A DNA stretch of 62,610 nucleotides, the filler included, from Globobulimina sp. (Eukaryota): assembly GCA_003354225.1 (NCBI GenBank). It is 31 parts of 31 records of this genome, joined end to end, with 100 filler letters (N's around TTAATTAATTAA, not from the genome) between each part and the next. Parts side by side here need not be neighbours in the genome. Positions count along the whole stretch, not along the records: positions 24,288 to 26,210 come from PIVH01010555.1; positions 26,311 to 28,233 come from PIVH01010556.1; positions 28,334 to 30,256 come from PIVH01010557.1; positions 30,357 to 32,279 come from PIVH01010558.1; positions 32,380 to 34,302 come from PIVH01010559.1; positions 34,403 to 36,325 come from PIVH01010560.1; positions 36,426 to 38,347 come from PIVH01010561.1; 24 more parts are not named here. One strand, 5' to 3'. The notes beneath the pieces are model-generated. The model was not told the origin of the DNA. It did not search any database and was given only the letters and a program-made list of their open reading frames with translations. Shown one piece after another: positions 25,368 to 36,579 of this stretch. The stretch's first letter is position 1, and every line of letters starts with the position of its first letter. The translations under genes and the position numbers were made by a program.

Positions 25368-26348
25368 TTTTTTACCTTGGCACATCTTAAATCATGCCAC
25401 CGCACGCTTTGCGGAAAGAAGAAGAAGGAGAGAGAGGACAGTATGGTTATATGATTATTTTTACGTTTATTTTATTATTATTTTATGGCAATGGAACAAT
25501 AATGGATTTACAAATAAAGGCAAATACCGTTAACTCATCAGGGACCTATTTCTATCTAACAAAAGCCCTTAGTGGCGGTAGATTAGGTATAACTTCTGCG
25601 TGGGGGTATTGCGATTGTGCTATCTGGATTGCTTCTTTTTTAAGGAGTCCTACTGGGAGTCGACCCCAGCTCAACCATTTTTATCTGGAGTGTGTTATCA
25701 CCTTTATTTTGTATTTACATTTTTTGTTTTATGGCTGTAATAGTTTTATGCGAATTTGCGTATTAGATTATTATATGAATCATGGACAAATTATTAAAGA
25801 ATTTATCTTAAATTTCTGTAAAATGTTTATATGCATTAGATTTTAAACCAACAAGCTTTTAATAGTTTTTAATTTTGAGTTTGAATGTGAGATCTCAGAA
25901 TCTCCTGGCCTAATAATGACAAATATTGCTTGCCTTTGACTCTGTTATAACATTGTTATTTAAGTGTGTCTGTATGCTGATTCGGTGCTTTTCCACAATT
26001 CCTATCCGCCGCTAGATCTCCTGACACATTTTCATGTTTATTTTCACTTTTCTGTTGTTGCATATTCATATTATCCACAATCATCTTGGTTATCGGATCA
26101 TTTTTATCACCATCATCCATGTCATGCTTTTGCTGTACATTATCAGGTTCGGGATAAATTAAAACAATGTCACCATCTTCATTAATAAACCACGAGTCTG
26201 TGTTTGCTATNNNNNNNNNNNNNNNNNNNNNNNNNNNNNNNNNNNNNNNNNNNNTTAATTAATTAANNNNNNNNNNNNNNNNNNNNNNNNNNNNNNNNNN
26301 NNNNNNNNNNTCAGTTTAATAGTCGCAATAGTATTACTCATTGTATTT

Positions 26349-26420
26349 GCGTCATTAGTTCAGTGGTTAGAATACGCCGTTGCCAACGGTGTGGCCCGGG
26401 TTCGATTCCCGGATGACGCA
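26349..26420 (+). tRNA. tRNA-Gly (GCC)
   Basis: Cloverleaf: acceptor GCGTCAT/ATGACGC, D arm GTTC/GAAT, anticodon arm CGCCG-TTGCCAA-CGGTG, T arm CCGGG-TTCGATT-CCCGG; no encoded CCA. Confidence 0.95.
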
Positions 26421-26435
26421 AACAATTATTATGCA

Positions 26436-26517
26436 GGCACTATGGCCGAGTGGTTAAGGCGTTAGATTAGAAATCTAATGGGTGTTACCCGCGTGAGTTC
26501 AAATCTCACTGGTGTCG
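26436..26517 (+). tRNA. tRNA-Ser (AGA)
   Basis: Acceptor GGCACTA/TGGTGTC, anticodon arm TTAGA-TTAGAAA-TCTAA, long variable arm, T arm GTGAG-TTCAAAT-CTCAC. Confidence 0.95.
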
Positions 26518-26531
26518 TTTTCTTTTTTTTT
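26518..26531 (+). terminator. Pol III oligo-T terminator
   Basis: T-rich run (TTTTCTC/T..., ending in a long T tract) directly after tRNA-Ser. Confidence 0.7.
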
Positions 26532-26774
26532 ATCACACTGGAGTTAAAGCAAAATGATATTATTGATCATAGGAATAGAAAACTGCGGGAACTCAAAATG
26601 TGACATCAATGAATATAATGCGATTAAAATACATCATCAAGAAAGTGGCACCAGAACAAAGGAGTATGTTATTGCCACATTAAAAATTTATCCGAATTTT
26701 GCAAAGCCAGCATTTTTCGTAACCCTCTCGACTCGAGACACAAGAAACAAATAGCGGCCAAGATATAATTACTT

Positions 26775-27365
26775 TCAAATTGATTTTAGCCATGAAACTA
26801 ATTCTTGATAAATATTATTTTCCACAGGAAAGTGATGTCCAGCTTTATGTTGGTATAATGGAGGATTGTTATTGTACAATCCATGCAATTCAATTCCTCT
26901 TTGATACCATTCATCTTTTTTACCAACAATATGAAATGACGGAATATCAACATTCATTTGATATCGATATATATCATCAAAAAATGGTATGCCACACACT
27001 GACACCAAAAACTTGAGTGGGATTTCGTTTGAAAGTAACGAACCAATATATGTTCCTTGAGAAAAAGCAACTATTCCATCAATTTCTTTTTCTTTTGCTA
27101 TTTCCTTATAAGTTTCAATGGTTTCATCAACACCAAAATATTTTGCCTTATTTTCATCGATCCATTCAAACTGACAATGCTCATAAAAAGGAGGCTTGAA
27201 ATGTTTGAGAATATTTTGTGGTGGATCCTCTGTTGCGACATATGGCGCATTAATCATATTATGATTGCACTCTGGAAGCAATTTTATTAGCTTTCTTGTT
27301 TGGAATTTCATTACTGATATATTCTCCCTATATCCATGCAAATATAATATATTTTTGTACTTCAT
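26775..27365 (-). CDS. FSH1/OVCA2-family serine hydrolase
   Basis: ILYLHGYREN, DGIVAFSQG nucleophile motif, HIVGKKD, HKAGHHFP. Confidence 0.88.
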   Translation of the reverse strand: MKYKNILYLHGYRENISVMKFQTRKLIKLLPECNHNMINAPYVATEDPPQNILKHFKPPFYEHCQFEWIDENKAKYFGVDETIETYKEIAKEKEIDGIVAFSQGTYIGSLLSNEIPLKFLVSVCGIPFFDDIYRYQMNVDIPSFHIVGKKDEWYQRGIELHGLYNNNPPLYQHKAGHHFPVENNIYQELVSWLKSI

Positions 27366-27407
27366 CTTTTCTAGTTAGAATGAGTCTGACCTCAAATTAA
27401 TTATTTA

Positions 27408-28233
27408 ATGTCACAAATAAAGCACTCTGAAAGCAAGGCAAACCATCAAACAGATGCCCTCGACGCCCACGTAATTGTTCAAATCAAAGGATTAAAGAAA
27501 CAAAAGCAGCACAACCAAAAGTACGCAATAATTGTTCAACATAAATTAGACACTGTCTCAGCTCGATATCGTGTTCGCTTGTTACACGATGATGAATTGC
27601 ATCAACCAACACCTAAAATAATGTTATTTAACAACTCAAACCAAACCAAACCAGAACCGTCACCATTTCAACATCTTTACATCAAAGACATGAATCTCTT
27701 CCCAGTCTGCAAAATTACTAAATCAAGCATTCATAAACAGGGTATAATTGCGCTCAAATCCTATAAATCCGGCGATATTATTTACAGCGATGTTCCTTTA
27801 TTGCAATGTCCCGGATTTACACTTCTATGGAAGACAGATCCGTCCAACCAAATCACTCGATTGTGGCAAATATTTGGCGGCACCAATAAGACAAAGAAAA
27901 GTTATTTTGAAGAGATACTGCATTTTAATTCAGACAGTATGGTTTATGTGGATGTGGCCAGAGCACTCCATAAATTATCGAGGGAGCCCACCTTCAAAAT
28001 GCGATATTTATCACAAGATCAAATATCCGATGATGTAAAATCAAAATTAAATCAACATTTACGCTCTGATTATCAGATAAATCGAGATAAAGATTCAGCA
28101 TTTAATTTTGAGAGATGGTGCAAAATTATAACCATATTCAAATTAAACGCAATCAACGACATTGTTTATTATATATCTTCAAAATTGAATCATTGCTGTT
28201 TACCAAAGGTGTACGTTACGCGTGATGGTAGAA
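27408..28233 (+). CDS. SET-domain (SMYD-like) protein, 3' truncated
   Basis: SSIHKQGIIALKSYKSGDIIYSDVP and SKLNHCCLP motifs. Confidence 0.75.
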
Positions 28234-28333
28234 NNNNNNNNNNNNNNNNNNNNNNNNNNNNNNNNNNNNNNNNNNNNTTAATTAATTAANNNNNNNNNNN
28301 NNNNNNNNNNNNNNNNNNNNNNNNNNNNNNNNN

Positions 28334-30146
28334 TTAAACGGTTTTGCAAATATTTGACCTCCGATCCGCAATCCTTTGGCACCTTTCTTATAACCATCCA
28401 ATTCTTTCGCTATTCAATCTTGTTGAGACTTTTCCAAATCATGCAGATCATAATGACACTCATGTTCATTGACAAACGCAACCGGACCATAATTACCCGA
28501 AGCACAGTCCAATATATTTTGTAAAAAGGTTGATGTGAATGTTGGCGTAAAATTAGTTGAAAAATCATGCTTTGGTGCTGGGTAGAAATTAGTTGGAGCA
28601 ATAATACAATCAATGTCATGATTACATCCATTGAAATATTTCTCATAAAACTCGTATTTAAATTGCATGATTTCTAACGCCACATTTTTATACTGAGTGA
28701 CTGTCAAAGCACCGGGTGGTAACATGGTCAGCAAATCATATTTACGTTTCTCTCCAATATACCATAATATGGGAGCAACAATATAACGTTTAATCAGATA
28801 AGGAATTTGTTGCAACCTTCTTAAACGCTTAAAACCATGAAACAATTCTTCTGTATCTTGTATAGCATATAAATAATCTTTCATCTTTCCTTCAGCTCCA
28901 ACATAATGGAAATATAACTGAAGTACTTTTCGCCCCATATCGAACTGCATTGGTTCCAATTCATATTCATATTCTTTGGACAACACATCAACCACTTCGT
29001 TAATTGCCCTTTTCACACATTGTGCAGAAGTAAACCATCCATCATCGCACCAATAACCAATTTTTAATTTCCGTCTGCCATTAAATATATTATTCCGAAA
29101 CGGAATTGGCGCCATATAACAATCCAAACTCTCCATATTTTGAGGCGACCACATCATACGCAAAAAACGTACAATATCATCCATGCACAGTGCCATTGGA
29201 CCCGTGGATGCGACAATAACTGCTTTATTTGAATAAGTATGCCTCCAAACCAGACCTTTGCCAGTTTGTGGTGAGCGTCTTGATGACGGTTTATATGCAA
29301 TACAACCGCTCCAATTGCCCGGTGAACGCAACGAACCACCGATATCAGTGCCTATGCCCAACTTAGAGACTCCACATGAAATTAAGGCAGCTTCCCCTCC
29401 ACTGGAACCGCCGCAGACTCTGTCAATGTTATACGGGTTATTTGTTCTTCCTATTATATGGTTCACTGTTTCTGGCAACATATTTAATTGCGGGCAGTTT
29501 GTCTGAATATGTTTGTTATAATTAAATTTATTACAAATGGGTGAAGCGCAGTACATTATACCTTGACATATGGAATACCACCGGATTTACGCACTAATTT
29601 AAGTACTGCCCCATCATTTGTATATGGTTTGTTACATAATCTAATTAGACCACATGTTGAATCGCTATTTTTCATTTGAAAGAGATCCTTAACCGATATG
29701 GGAATGCCTAACAATGGTTTGCTAGCAAGGAATGCCAACCAATCTTGTTTATTTTTGCTGTTTCGTTTGGTTGATATTAATTTGTCTAATTGTAATGCAT
29801 CAGCAACTGCGATATCGTAATGTTTTTCTAAAATTGCATTCAATTTTTCATTTTGTTTGTCAGTGTTATAACAAATAATTAACATTACTTCGGAACATGT
29901 TATTTTTCCATCTATTATATTTTCACGAATTTGAGTGCCTGACATAGATAATATAAATGATTCAATTTTTGGTTTTGATTTGATTAATTTATGATAGTCT
30001 TCAAAACATTTATAATTTTGATTCAATGCGGATTTCTTATCCAATGCCGCTTTTTTATATCTTGATCGATTTTTATTGGTTGCAAAGAGACCATAAACAA
30101 AATGTGTTGACAAAATAGCGACAGTTGTAACTTTTGTGTTGAACAT
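28334..30146 (-). CDS. Amidase-signature (FAAH-like) enzyme; intron 29503-29561; in-frame TGA at 28414-28416, possibly a pseudogene
   Basis: LLGIPISVKD, KTNCPQ after splicing, GGSSGGEAA, GTDIGGSLRSP; similarity continues past the TGA (GLRIGGQIFAKPF). Confidence 0.88.
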
Positions 30147-30357
30147 TTCGCAAAGTTAAAGTTTTTTTATTGCAGACCATGGTAAAACCAGTTGACCATA
30201 ATCGGCAGAACACACAGCGTGTAGTGACTGTAGTGATATTATTAGCTTCAGTACTGNNNNNNNNNNNNNNNNNNNNNNNNNNNNNNNNNNNNNNNNNNNN
30301 TTAATTAATTAANNNNNNNNNNNNNNNNNNNNNNNNNNNNNNNNNNNNNNNNNNNNG

Positions 30358-30699
30358 AAATTGTCTTCTCATGCGATGGATAGACTTCTTCAGTCCAACT
30401 GGCCCTGTAACAGTCGAGAGCTTAAAAATGTAATTGAATATAGTGTGGCTATGTCTGACAGTGATATCATTTCAGAAAAATTAATCCTTATAGATGACCC
30501 AAAGAACTCGCCGCAAGAATTAAAACCCCTTAAGGATGCCAAACTGGATTTCGAAAGAGAATATTTGATTGAACTACTTGAATTAACCCAGGGAAATGTT
30601 AGTAAGGCTGCCAAATTAGCGGGCAAATATCGGGCAGATCTTTATGAATTAATGAAAAAATGTGGGCTGAGGGCTGATCAATTCAGAAAGGATCTGTAG
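30358..30699 (+). CDS. Bacterial sigma-54-dependent (NtrC-family) regulator, C-terminal AAA end plus Fis HTH
   Basis: WPCNSRELKNVIE and FEREYLIELLELTQGNVSKAAKLAGKYRADLYELMKK. Confidence 0.9.
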   Translation, partial: KLSSHAMDRLLQSNWPCNSRELKNVIEYSVAMSDSDIISEKLILIDDPKNSPQELKPLKDAKLDFEREYLIELLELTQGNVSKAAKLAGKYRADLYELMKKCGLRADQFRKDL

Positions 30700-31101
30700 T
30701 AAATTCCATACACCCAATCTGTCTAAATTCTATCGCGCCTGGACAAGAAACCAAAAAAATCATGACAAAATTCACTTTACCCTGCCAATTCTCATTCTGC
30801 TATAATTATCTGAAATTATAATGGTTTATATCTTTACAACTCGAAAGATATTTGTATTACTTGATAGTAAACTTATAGTTTCATCCTTAAAATGCTGGTT
30901 TATCAACATCTTGGGATGAAATTTGGCTTGAATCGGTGAAGGAAAAAACAGTCAGTTACTTATTGCCGCACATCAGTTAAGCCCGCAGTATTAAAATACT
31001 AAAAAAACAAGTGTATGGTATTCCATCCACAATAGTTATTTGAAAATCCCATCAATTAATTAATTTCCTATTATATTAGTCAGTTATAATATTTTTCTCT
31101 A

Positions 31102-31117
31102 TGGCATGAATATTGTA
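31102..31117 (+). promoter_or_regulatory. Possible sigma-54 (-24/-12) promoter
   Basis: TGGCATGAATATTGTA versus consensus TGGCAC-N5-TTGCW; the -12 GC is GT. Confidence 0.3.
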
Positions 31118-31219
31118 TTGCATACTTATAATTATAAAACGACTAAATGTACGATGGGCAATTATTCGGATACAGCTAAAAAATATATTAAAACTATTTT
31201 CGGATTACAAAAGTCAATA

Positions 31220-32279
31220 ATGATTCTAATAAAGATTTTTAGTAACAATTGTATTCGGCTGACATTTGCAATTTATTTTGTTTTGTCAATTACCTCTTCC
31301 TTTGCAGCTGCTCTTCATTGGGGCACCGTAGAATCGACTCAGGATTATATAATTGCGGGTTATAAAGTCAATTATGGAACAGTCAATGGACAATATACCC
31401 AGGTCATAGATGCAGGTAATGTAACCTCCTATGATTTGGGGAGTTTAAATCTTAATCCAAGTCAGACCTACTTCTTCGCTGTTAATGCATATACATCATC
31501 AAATGTTGATGGCCCTTTATCCGCATCAATTTCCTTTAGAGACTCTCCTAATATTGTAAGTTATCCTACCATTGACTATAGTAATCAGATAATTGAAATC
31601 ACCTTCAATGAGAGCAATATGGTTGGGGCGGATTCCAAAAATAATTATGCGTTTAGCCCTACCTTGCTCTTTAGTAATAGCCATCAGATTACTCGTACGA
31701 ACAAGACATACAGGCTTACCATGATAGATATACCTGTGCACACTATCATCACATTGACAACCAATAATATCACTGATGAAAATGGAAACAGATTGATCTC
31801 CAATTCAATCATTCTAAATGATAATGATAGTGATGGCATGGCTGATGACTGGGAATCATATTATGGGGTTAGCTCAGCATTTTTAGATACTGATTCTGAC
31901 GGACTTTATAATCGGTTGGAATATTCAAATGGTACCAACCCAACCGTTGCCGATAGTGATCAAGACGAGATGCCAGACGGTTGGGAGGTTGATAATGGGT
32001 CGAACCCAGTTGTTAATAATGCAAATGGAGATATAGATAGTGATGGTATCAACAATCTGGATGAATATAATGCTGGAACCGGTGGATCAAACATGGGACC
32101 CTCAAAGCCTATCCTTGCCCTTCCAGGTAATTTATCAACCAATATATCACTAAGTCCTCAAATCAAAACAAATGCATATACTGACAATGAAAATGATGCC
32201 CACTCCAAAACCCAATGGCACATCAGTCTGGATCAGTCATTTGCAATACCTGAAAATATTCTGTTTGAAATAGAAACAT
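31220..32279 (+). CDS. Bacterial secreted protein: FN3 domain, Ig-like domain, Ca-binding DxDxDG (TSP3-like) repeats (3' truncated)
   Basis: Signal peptide ending SSFAA; IAGYKVNYG...YFFAVNAY; DNDSDGMADDWE, DTDSDGLYNRLE, DSDQDEMPDGWE, DIDSDGINNLDE; no introns. Confidence 0.85.
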
Positions 32280-32380
32280 NNNNNNNNNNNNNNNNNNNNN
32301 NNNNNNNNNNNNNNNNNNNNNNNTTAATTAATTAANNNNNNNNNNNNNNNNNNNNNNNNNNNNNNNNNNNNNNNNNNNNA

Positions 32381-34302
32381 CCAAGCCCATGTCTATATTT
32401 TGCATCATTTTGTGAAAATAATCAACATCCAAATTGTGAATTTTTTCAATGGATTGTATTATATACCAAACAATTACATGTCTATGAAAAAAATCATATT
32501 AAAATTATTAAATACGATATTATTAAATGTATCAAACATAATTCAGATCCAATCTCATTAATATACGACATAAAATTGATAACTATTAAAAAATATGATA
32601 TATTACATCGAGTGCCTGTTAATATTATTATATTTATACCAACAACATTAAGAAACGAATCATTTATTCATCGACGGAATCATATATCTGAAAATTTATT
32701 TAAATGGATTTTTGATACATTATGGGATACTGTGAATATTCGAAAATTAATGAAAGAAATGGCTCGCAATTATAAAAACAATTTAATAAATTATTTTGAT
32801 ACAATTAAATTTAATGAATATTGCCCTTTAACATTAGAAAGAGAGGCAGAAAAAATTATGATTTCAAGGAGTCATTTACGTGAAAATATTTGTGAATTTA
32901 TAAAATGGTATTTGAAAAGTAAAAAAAATGAAATGTATCAATTAATATCAAAATTTAAAAATAATGAATGGAATGTAGATTGTACGTTTTTTGTATTGCA
33001 AGGATTAAAATTATATTTTAAAAATAAGAAATATGATATGAATAAATCATTGGCTTTGGTTACTGGACAGTTAGGCTATATTCGCGGTGATGAATTATTT
33101 GATAAAGGCTCAGAATCAAATGCAAACTATGCAAAATTAGTGGCTCCTGCAATTTTACGTAATTTGAAGCATTCTCCTGAAAAAATAGATATTGATAAAG
33201 AATATTTAGGAACTGATAATTCTGAATCACAAATTAATTTTTTTGAGCCATTAAGAAATGAAGTTATACACATTAATAATAATTGTCATATATTAACATC
33301 AAATAATAACATTGTTTATGATTTAAATAAATTAAATGGAAAAGTTATGTAATTAATTATGTTTTTTGTTATATGATATAAAATAAATATATATTGATAT
33401 AGATATGTCAAGAAAAGACTCATTATGAACGAAGAAATACAAAATTAATTAGCAAATATAATCCATCCAAACAATTGTATGTCAATTGTTTTAAATTTAT
33501 TACAAATAATGTTGAGTTAGTTGCTGATGCCATTAATTTAGATTATTATTATCAATATTATGATAACGAAACCGATCCAATTTCATTATTTCATTCAAAT
33601 AAACATATTTTTATTAACTTAATTATTTATCAACAAATTATTATTGTATGGCTTAAATGTATGCGTACAAAATCAGAAGATAAATTATTGGAATTACGTA
33701 GTTATTTGGCATCAAATAAAAAATATGCCAATGAATTAATAAAAATTATTACATTTTTAGCAGATAAATATCCAACGCCATTATTACATCACGCAATTGC
33801 AATATTTACACCAACTATGACATTTAATAAATTTATTGATATCGCAAATATGATAATTTTTAAATGTAAAAAAGGGAATGATATATTCACCATTAAATTC
33901 CCCAAATTTGGAACTCCAGCACCTATTTTTAACGCAATAATGAATTTTGCAAAATTGGATACAAATTTATTTTGTTTACGACATTATTATTATCAATCTG
34001 GTATACAATTACAATCTGATATTTTATCAATATATCGCTGGTGTTTAGACCGGATAGTATTTCGTCATAATAATGATGAAGAACCCCCAGTATATGTTAC
34101 TATTTCATCATTAAATAATAAATGGATTACCCAATTAAACCAAGCATTTAATAAAAATGTAATTTTCCCTTTGTTTAATTGTCAGGATTTATTAAATATA
34201 CGTCATGGTACAAGCAATAAGAATGAGCATTCCCATTCATATTTATTATCGTTAGTAAAATTATGTGTTTCTCATCGCGTTGAATTCAGCGATTTAATAC
34301 AA
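32381..34302 (+). CDS. Large hypothetical helical protein, internal part (intron about 33345-33402)
   Basis: Two long very AT-rich ORFs separated by a short intron-like gap. Confidence 0.5.
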
Positions 34303-34404
34303 NNNNNNNNNNNNNNNNNNNNNNNNNNNNNNNNNNNNNNNNNNNNTTAATTAATTAANNNNNNNNNNNNNNNNNNNNNNNNNNNNNNNNNNNNNNNNNN
34401 NNTC

Positions 34405-34980
34405 CACCTGAATCTGTCGCAACAAGAGTCTCCGGTCCCCAGTGATCTTGAACTTAGCCTTCTCGACCAAGGAACGGGCCTTCCTGAACTACCGGTTGGC
34501 CATCTCGAAGTCGATCTAGAACAGCCATAAATGCCCATTCACATCACAACTTGCCAGACCCTTCTATAGTAGAGCTCGTAGGGAACCGTAGTCATCTAGG
34601 TGTTTCAGCTGCTGTTATGCTCGACAGGCTAGAATGTAGGCCTTTTCGTTGTCTTGGAAGAGACTCAGCAGCTGGGCGTGTTGACTCCAGACGGCGCTTT
34701 CGTCTTCTAGCTGGATTTCCAGAAGTAGAGACTGTTTGTACACCTTGAAGGAGGACTGGCACTTCTCGCGGGCCTGGGCCAGCACTTTCTGGGCTGCGAG
34801 CTGTTCTCCTTGGCTGGTCTTGAATTTGCTTATGGCTAGGTAGATGAGAGGACAGGACGGGTTCTACTCCAGAGCCTGGGTCAAGTACCGGTCTGCGATG
34901 AGTTGCTGGTCTTTGGACTATGCGTGTTTGGCCGCTGTGAGCCAGAGAGTCTCTCCTGTGGGATGCTGTCGTAGGGCCAT
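34405..34980 (-). CDS. PRP6: PRP6 (U5 snRNP HAT/TPR splicing factor) fragment read with TAA/TAG as sense codons
   Basis: Manual translation ALRQHPTGETLWLTAAKHA*...ALE*NPSCPLIYLAISKF...AQKVLAQAREKC...LL*KGLASC...LWLF*IDFEMANR*FRKARSLVEKAK follows PRP6 HAT repeats across six UAR codons, with no TGA. Confidence 0.8.
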
Positions 34981-34984
34981 CTTA

Positions 34985-35480
34985 GACATCGCCTTTGGTA
35001 CACCTCAATTCATCCAATTCTTCATTTATTTGTATTTGATCGCGTTTGGCATCGTGATAATGTTCGTAGAGGCGCCCACTTGGACATGTACGAGGTTCTT
35101 CCAGTTGCGCTTCTTTTTTTGGTTCAGATTGTTATCGCGAATGTGGGGCCGAGCCTGGTTTTACTTATTTGTGAGCATATTATGTTACGCCCCGGCCGGC
35201 TCTGAGGACAATAATGCGGTTTTCAGTGTGATTGCAGGTTCGTATTTGACCATTATCTCTATTTTGAGCTTCATATTCAGCCGGATGGCCGGCAAGAAAT
35301 TTGCGCGAATGCGGGAGTATATCGCCGCGGGCGCGGAAGGAGATGAGTTGGAGGGGCGGTTTATGCGGAAATTTGATGAGTTGGACTTGGGCGGCAAGCC
35401 TGGCACCATTGGCAGCAGCGAGGTGGTCAAGGCAGCGACGCAAGCGGGGCGAGTGGTGTCTAACTCTGAGAGACATGTAT
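34985..35480 (+). CDS. COPI-associated/TVP15-like membrane protein with EF-hand-like tail (partial)
   Basis: YLIAFGIVIMFVE...FRLLSRMWGRAWFYLFVS; FDELDLGGKPGTIG. Confidence 0.65.
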
Positions 35481-36579
35481 GTTTTGTGTGTGTTTCGCAG
35501 ATTCGCATCGCGCAAAATCGCATGTGATGTGTGTGGCGTTTTATATTTAGGCGATTCAAACCTTTTTGGATGAGAGTTGCAATGGACACGTAACTAAAGA
35601 AGATTGGATGAAACAGTTTGTGACACAATATCAAGAGAAAGGATTTAAGCAAAAGTTTTTATAAATTTTAGCATGATATGATCGATAATCTTTCAATTAT
35701 CACAGTTAGTAACTATTAAGGATAATTATTTGAATTTCAAGTTTGATGAATTTAGTAACTAATTATTAATTAATGTGGTTGTGTTATTGTCATAAAAACA
35801 CGTACAGCTTGTTTTTTTTGTTATTTATTTTTTTCTTGTCAATATTGTGCTAAATGCAAGACATGAGACATCATTTTTTTTTGTGGTTTAATTTTACTTT
35901 TTTGGTCTAAACTGAGTAAACTCTGAAGCAAAAGTAAAGTCCAATATTTAAATACGAACGGCTTTTGGCAGTAACTGAAAATTATTCAATGGCTCCGATA
36001 TATTTGAGCGTTGTTGTATTGATTCATTGTGTATTGGGTGAAGATTTTGCGTGGAAAAGTCATGTCGAAGTCCAATCATGGTAGAACACTGCTGCTGTAG
36101 AATTAAGCAAGTTTATGGAAGGAGAGCCTGGCATGGATGCAATTAAAGCATTGGCAAATGGGTGAAACTTGCCGATGATTTTGAGGAATATGTTGAAGAC
36201 CAAGCAATCATTGGAATCGAAACTTGGGCGCAATTTGCTGTGGGCTTACCACAATTAGCAACCTCTTGGGATTGTTACTTTGATGTTAATGTATTTCATG
36301 AACGCCATGCATCAGCTTCATTTTTNNNNNNNNNNNNNNNNNNNNNNNNNNNNNNNNNNNNNNNNNNNNTTAATTAATTAANNNNNNNNNNNNNNNNNNN
36401 NNNNNNNNNNNNNNNNNNNNNNNNNATCTTAATTTTTTTTTGACAAATATTTAGAACACCGTTTGAACTTTATTAAACAACTGGTTTTAATGTGGTTAAG
36501 CACGTTCTTGATGATTTTGATGGACGTTAAACAAAACAAAGAGTTAGGTTTGGTTTTAAATTGCAAGTCTTAATTTGCT

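Noticed and set aside
26311-27380. tRNAs plus intronless FSH1 as a giant-virus fragment
   Set aside because: No viral hallmark gene; all components are normal for a eukaryotic nucleus.
28334-28416. UGA recoding in the host, suggested by in-frame TGA in the amidase (28414) and phosphatase (57151)
   Set aside because: TGA ends CUL4 at its canonical C-terminus. Both cases have other nearby lesions (GLRIGGQ for GLPIGVQ; loss of GDNFY), so decay or low-coverage error is more likely.
34844-34984. N-terminus of the 227-aa plus-strand ORF
   Set aside because: It is the antisense of the PRP6 fragment read through a probable chimeric junction.
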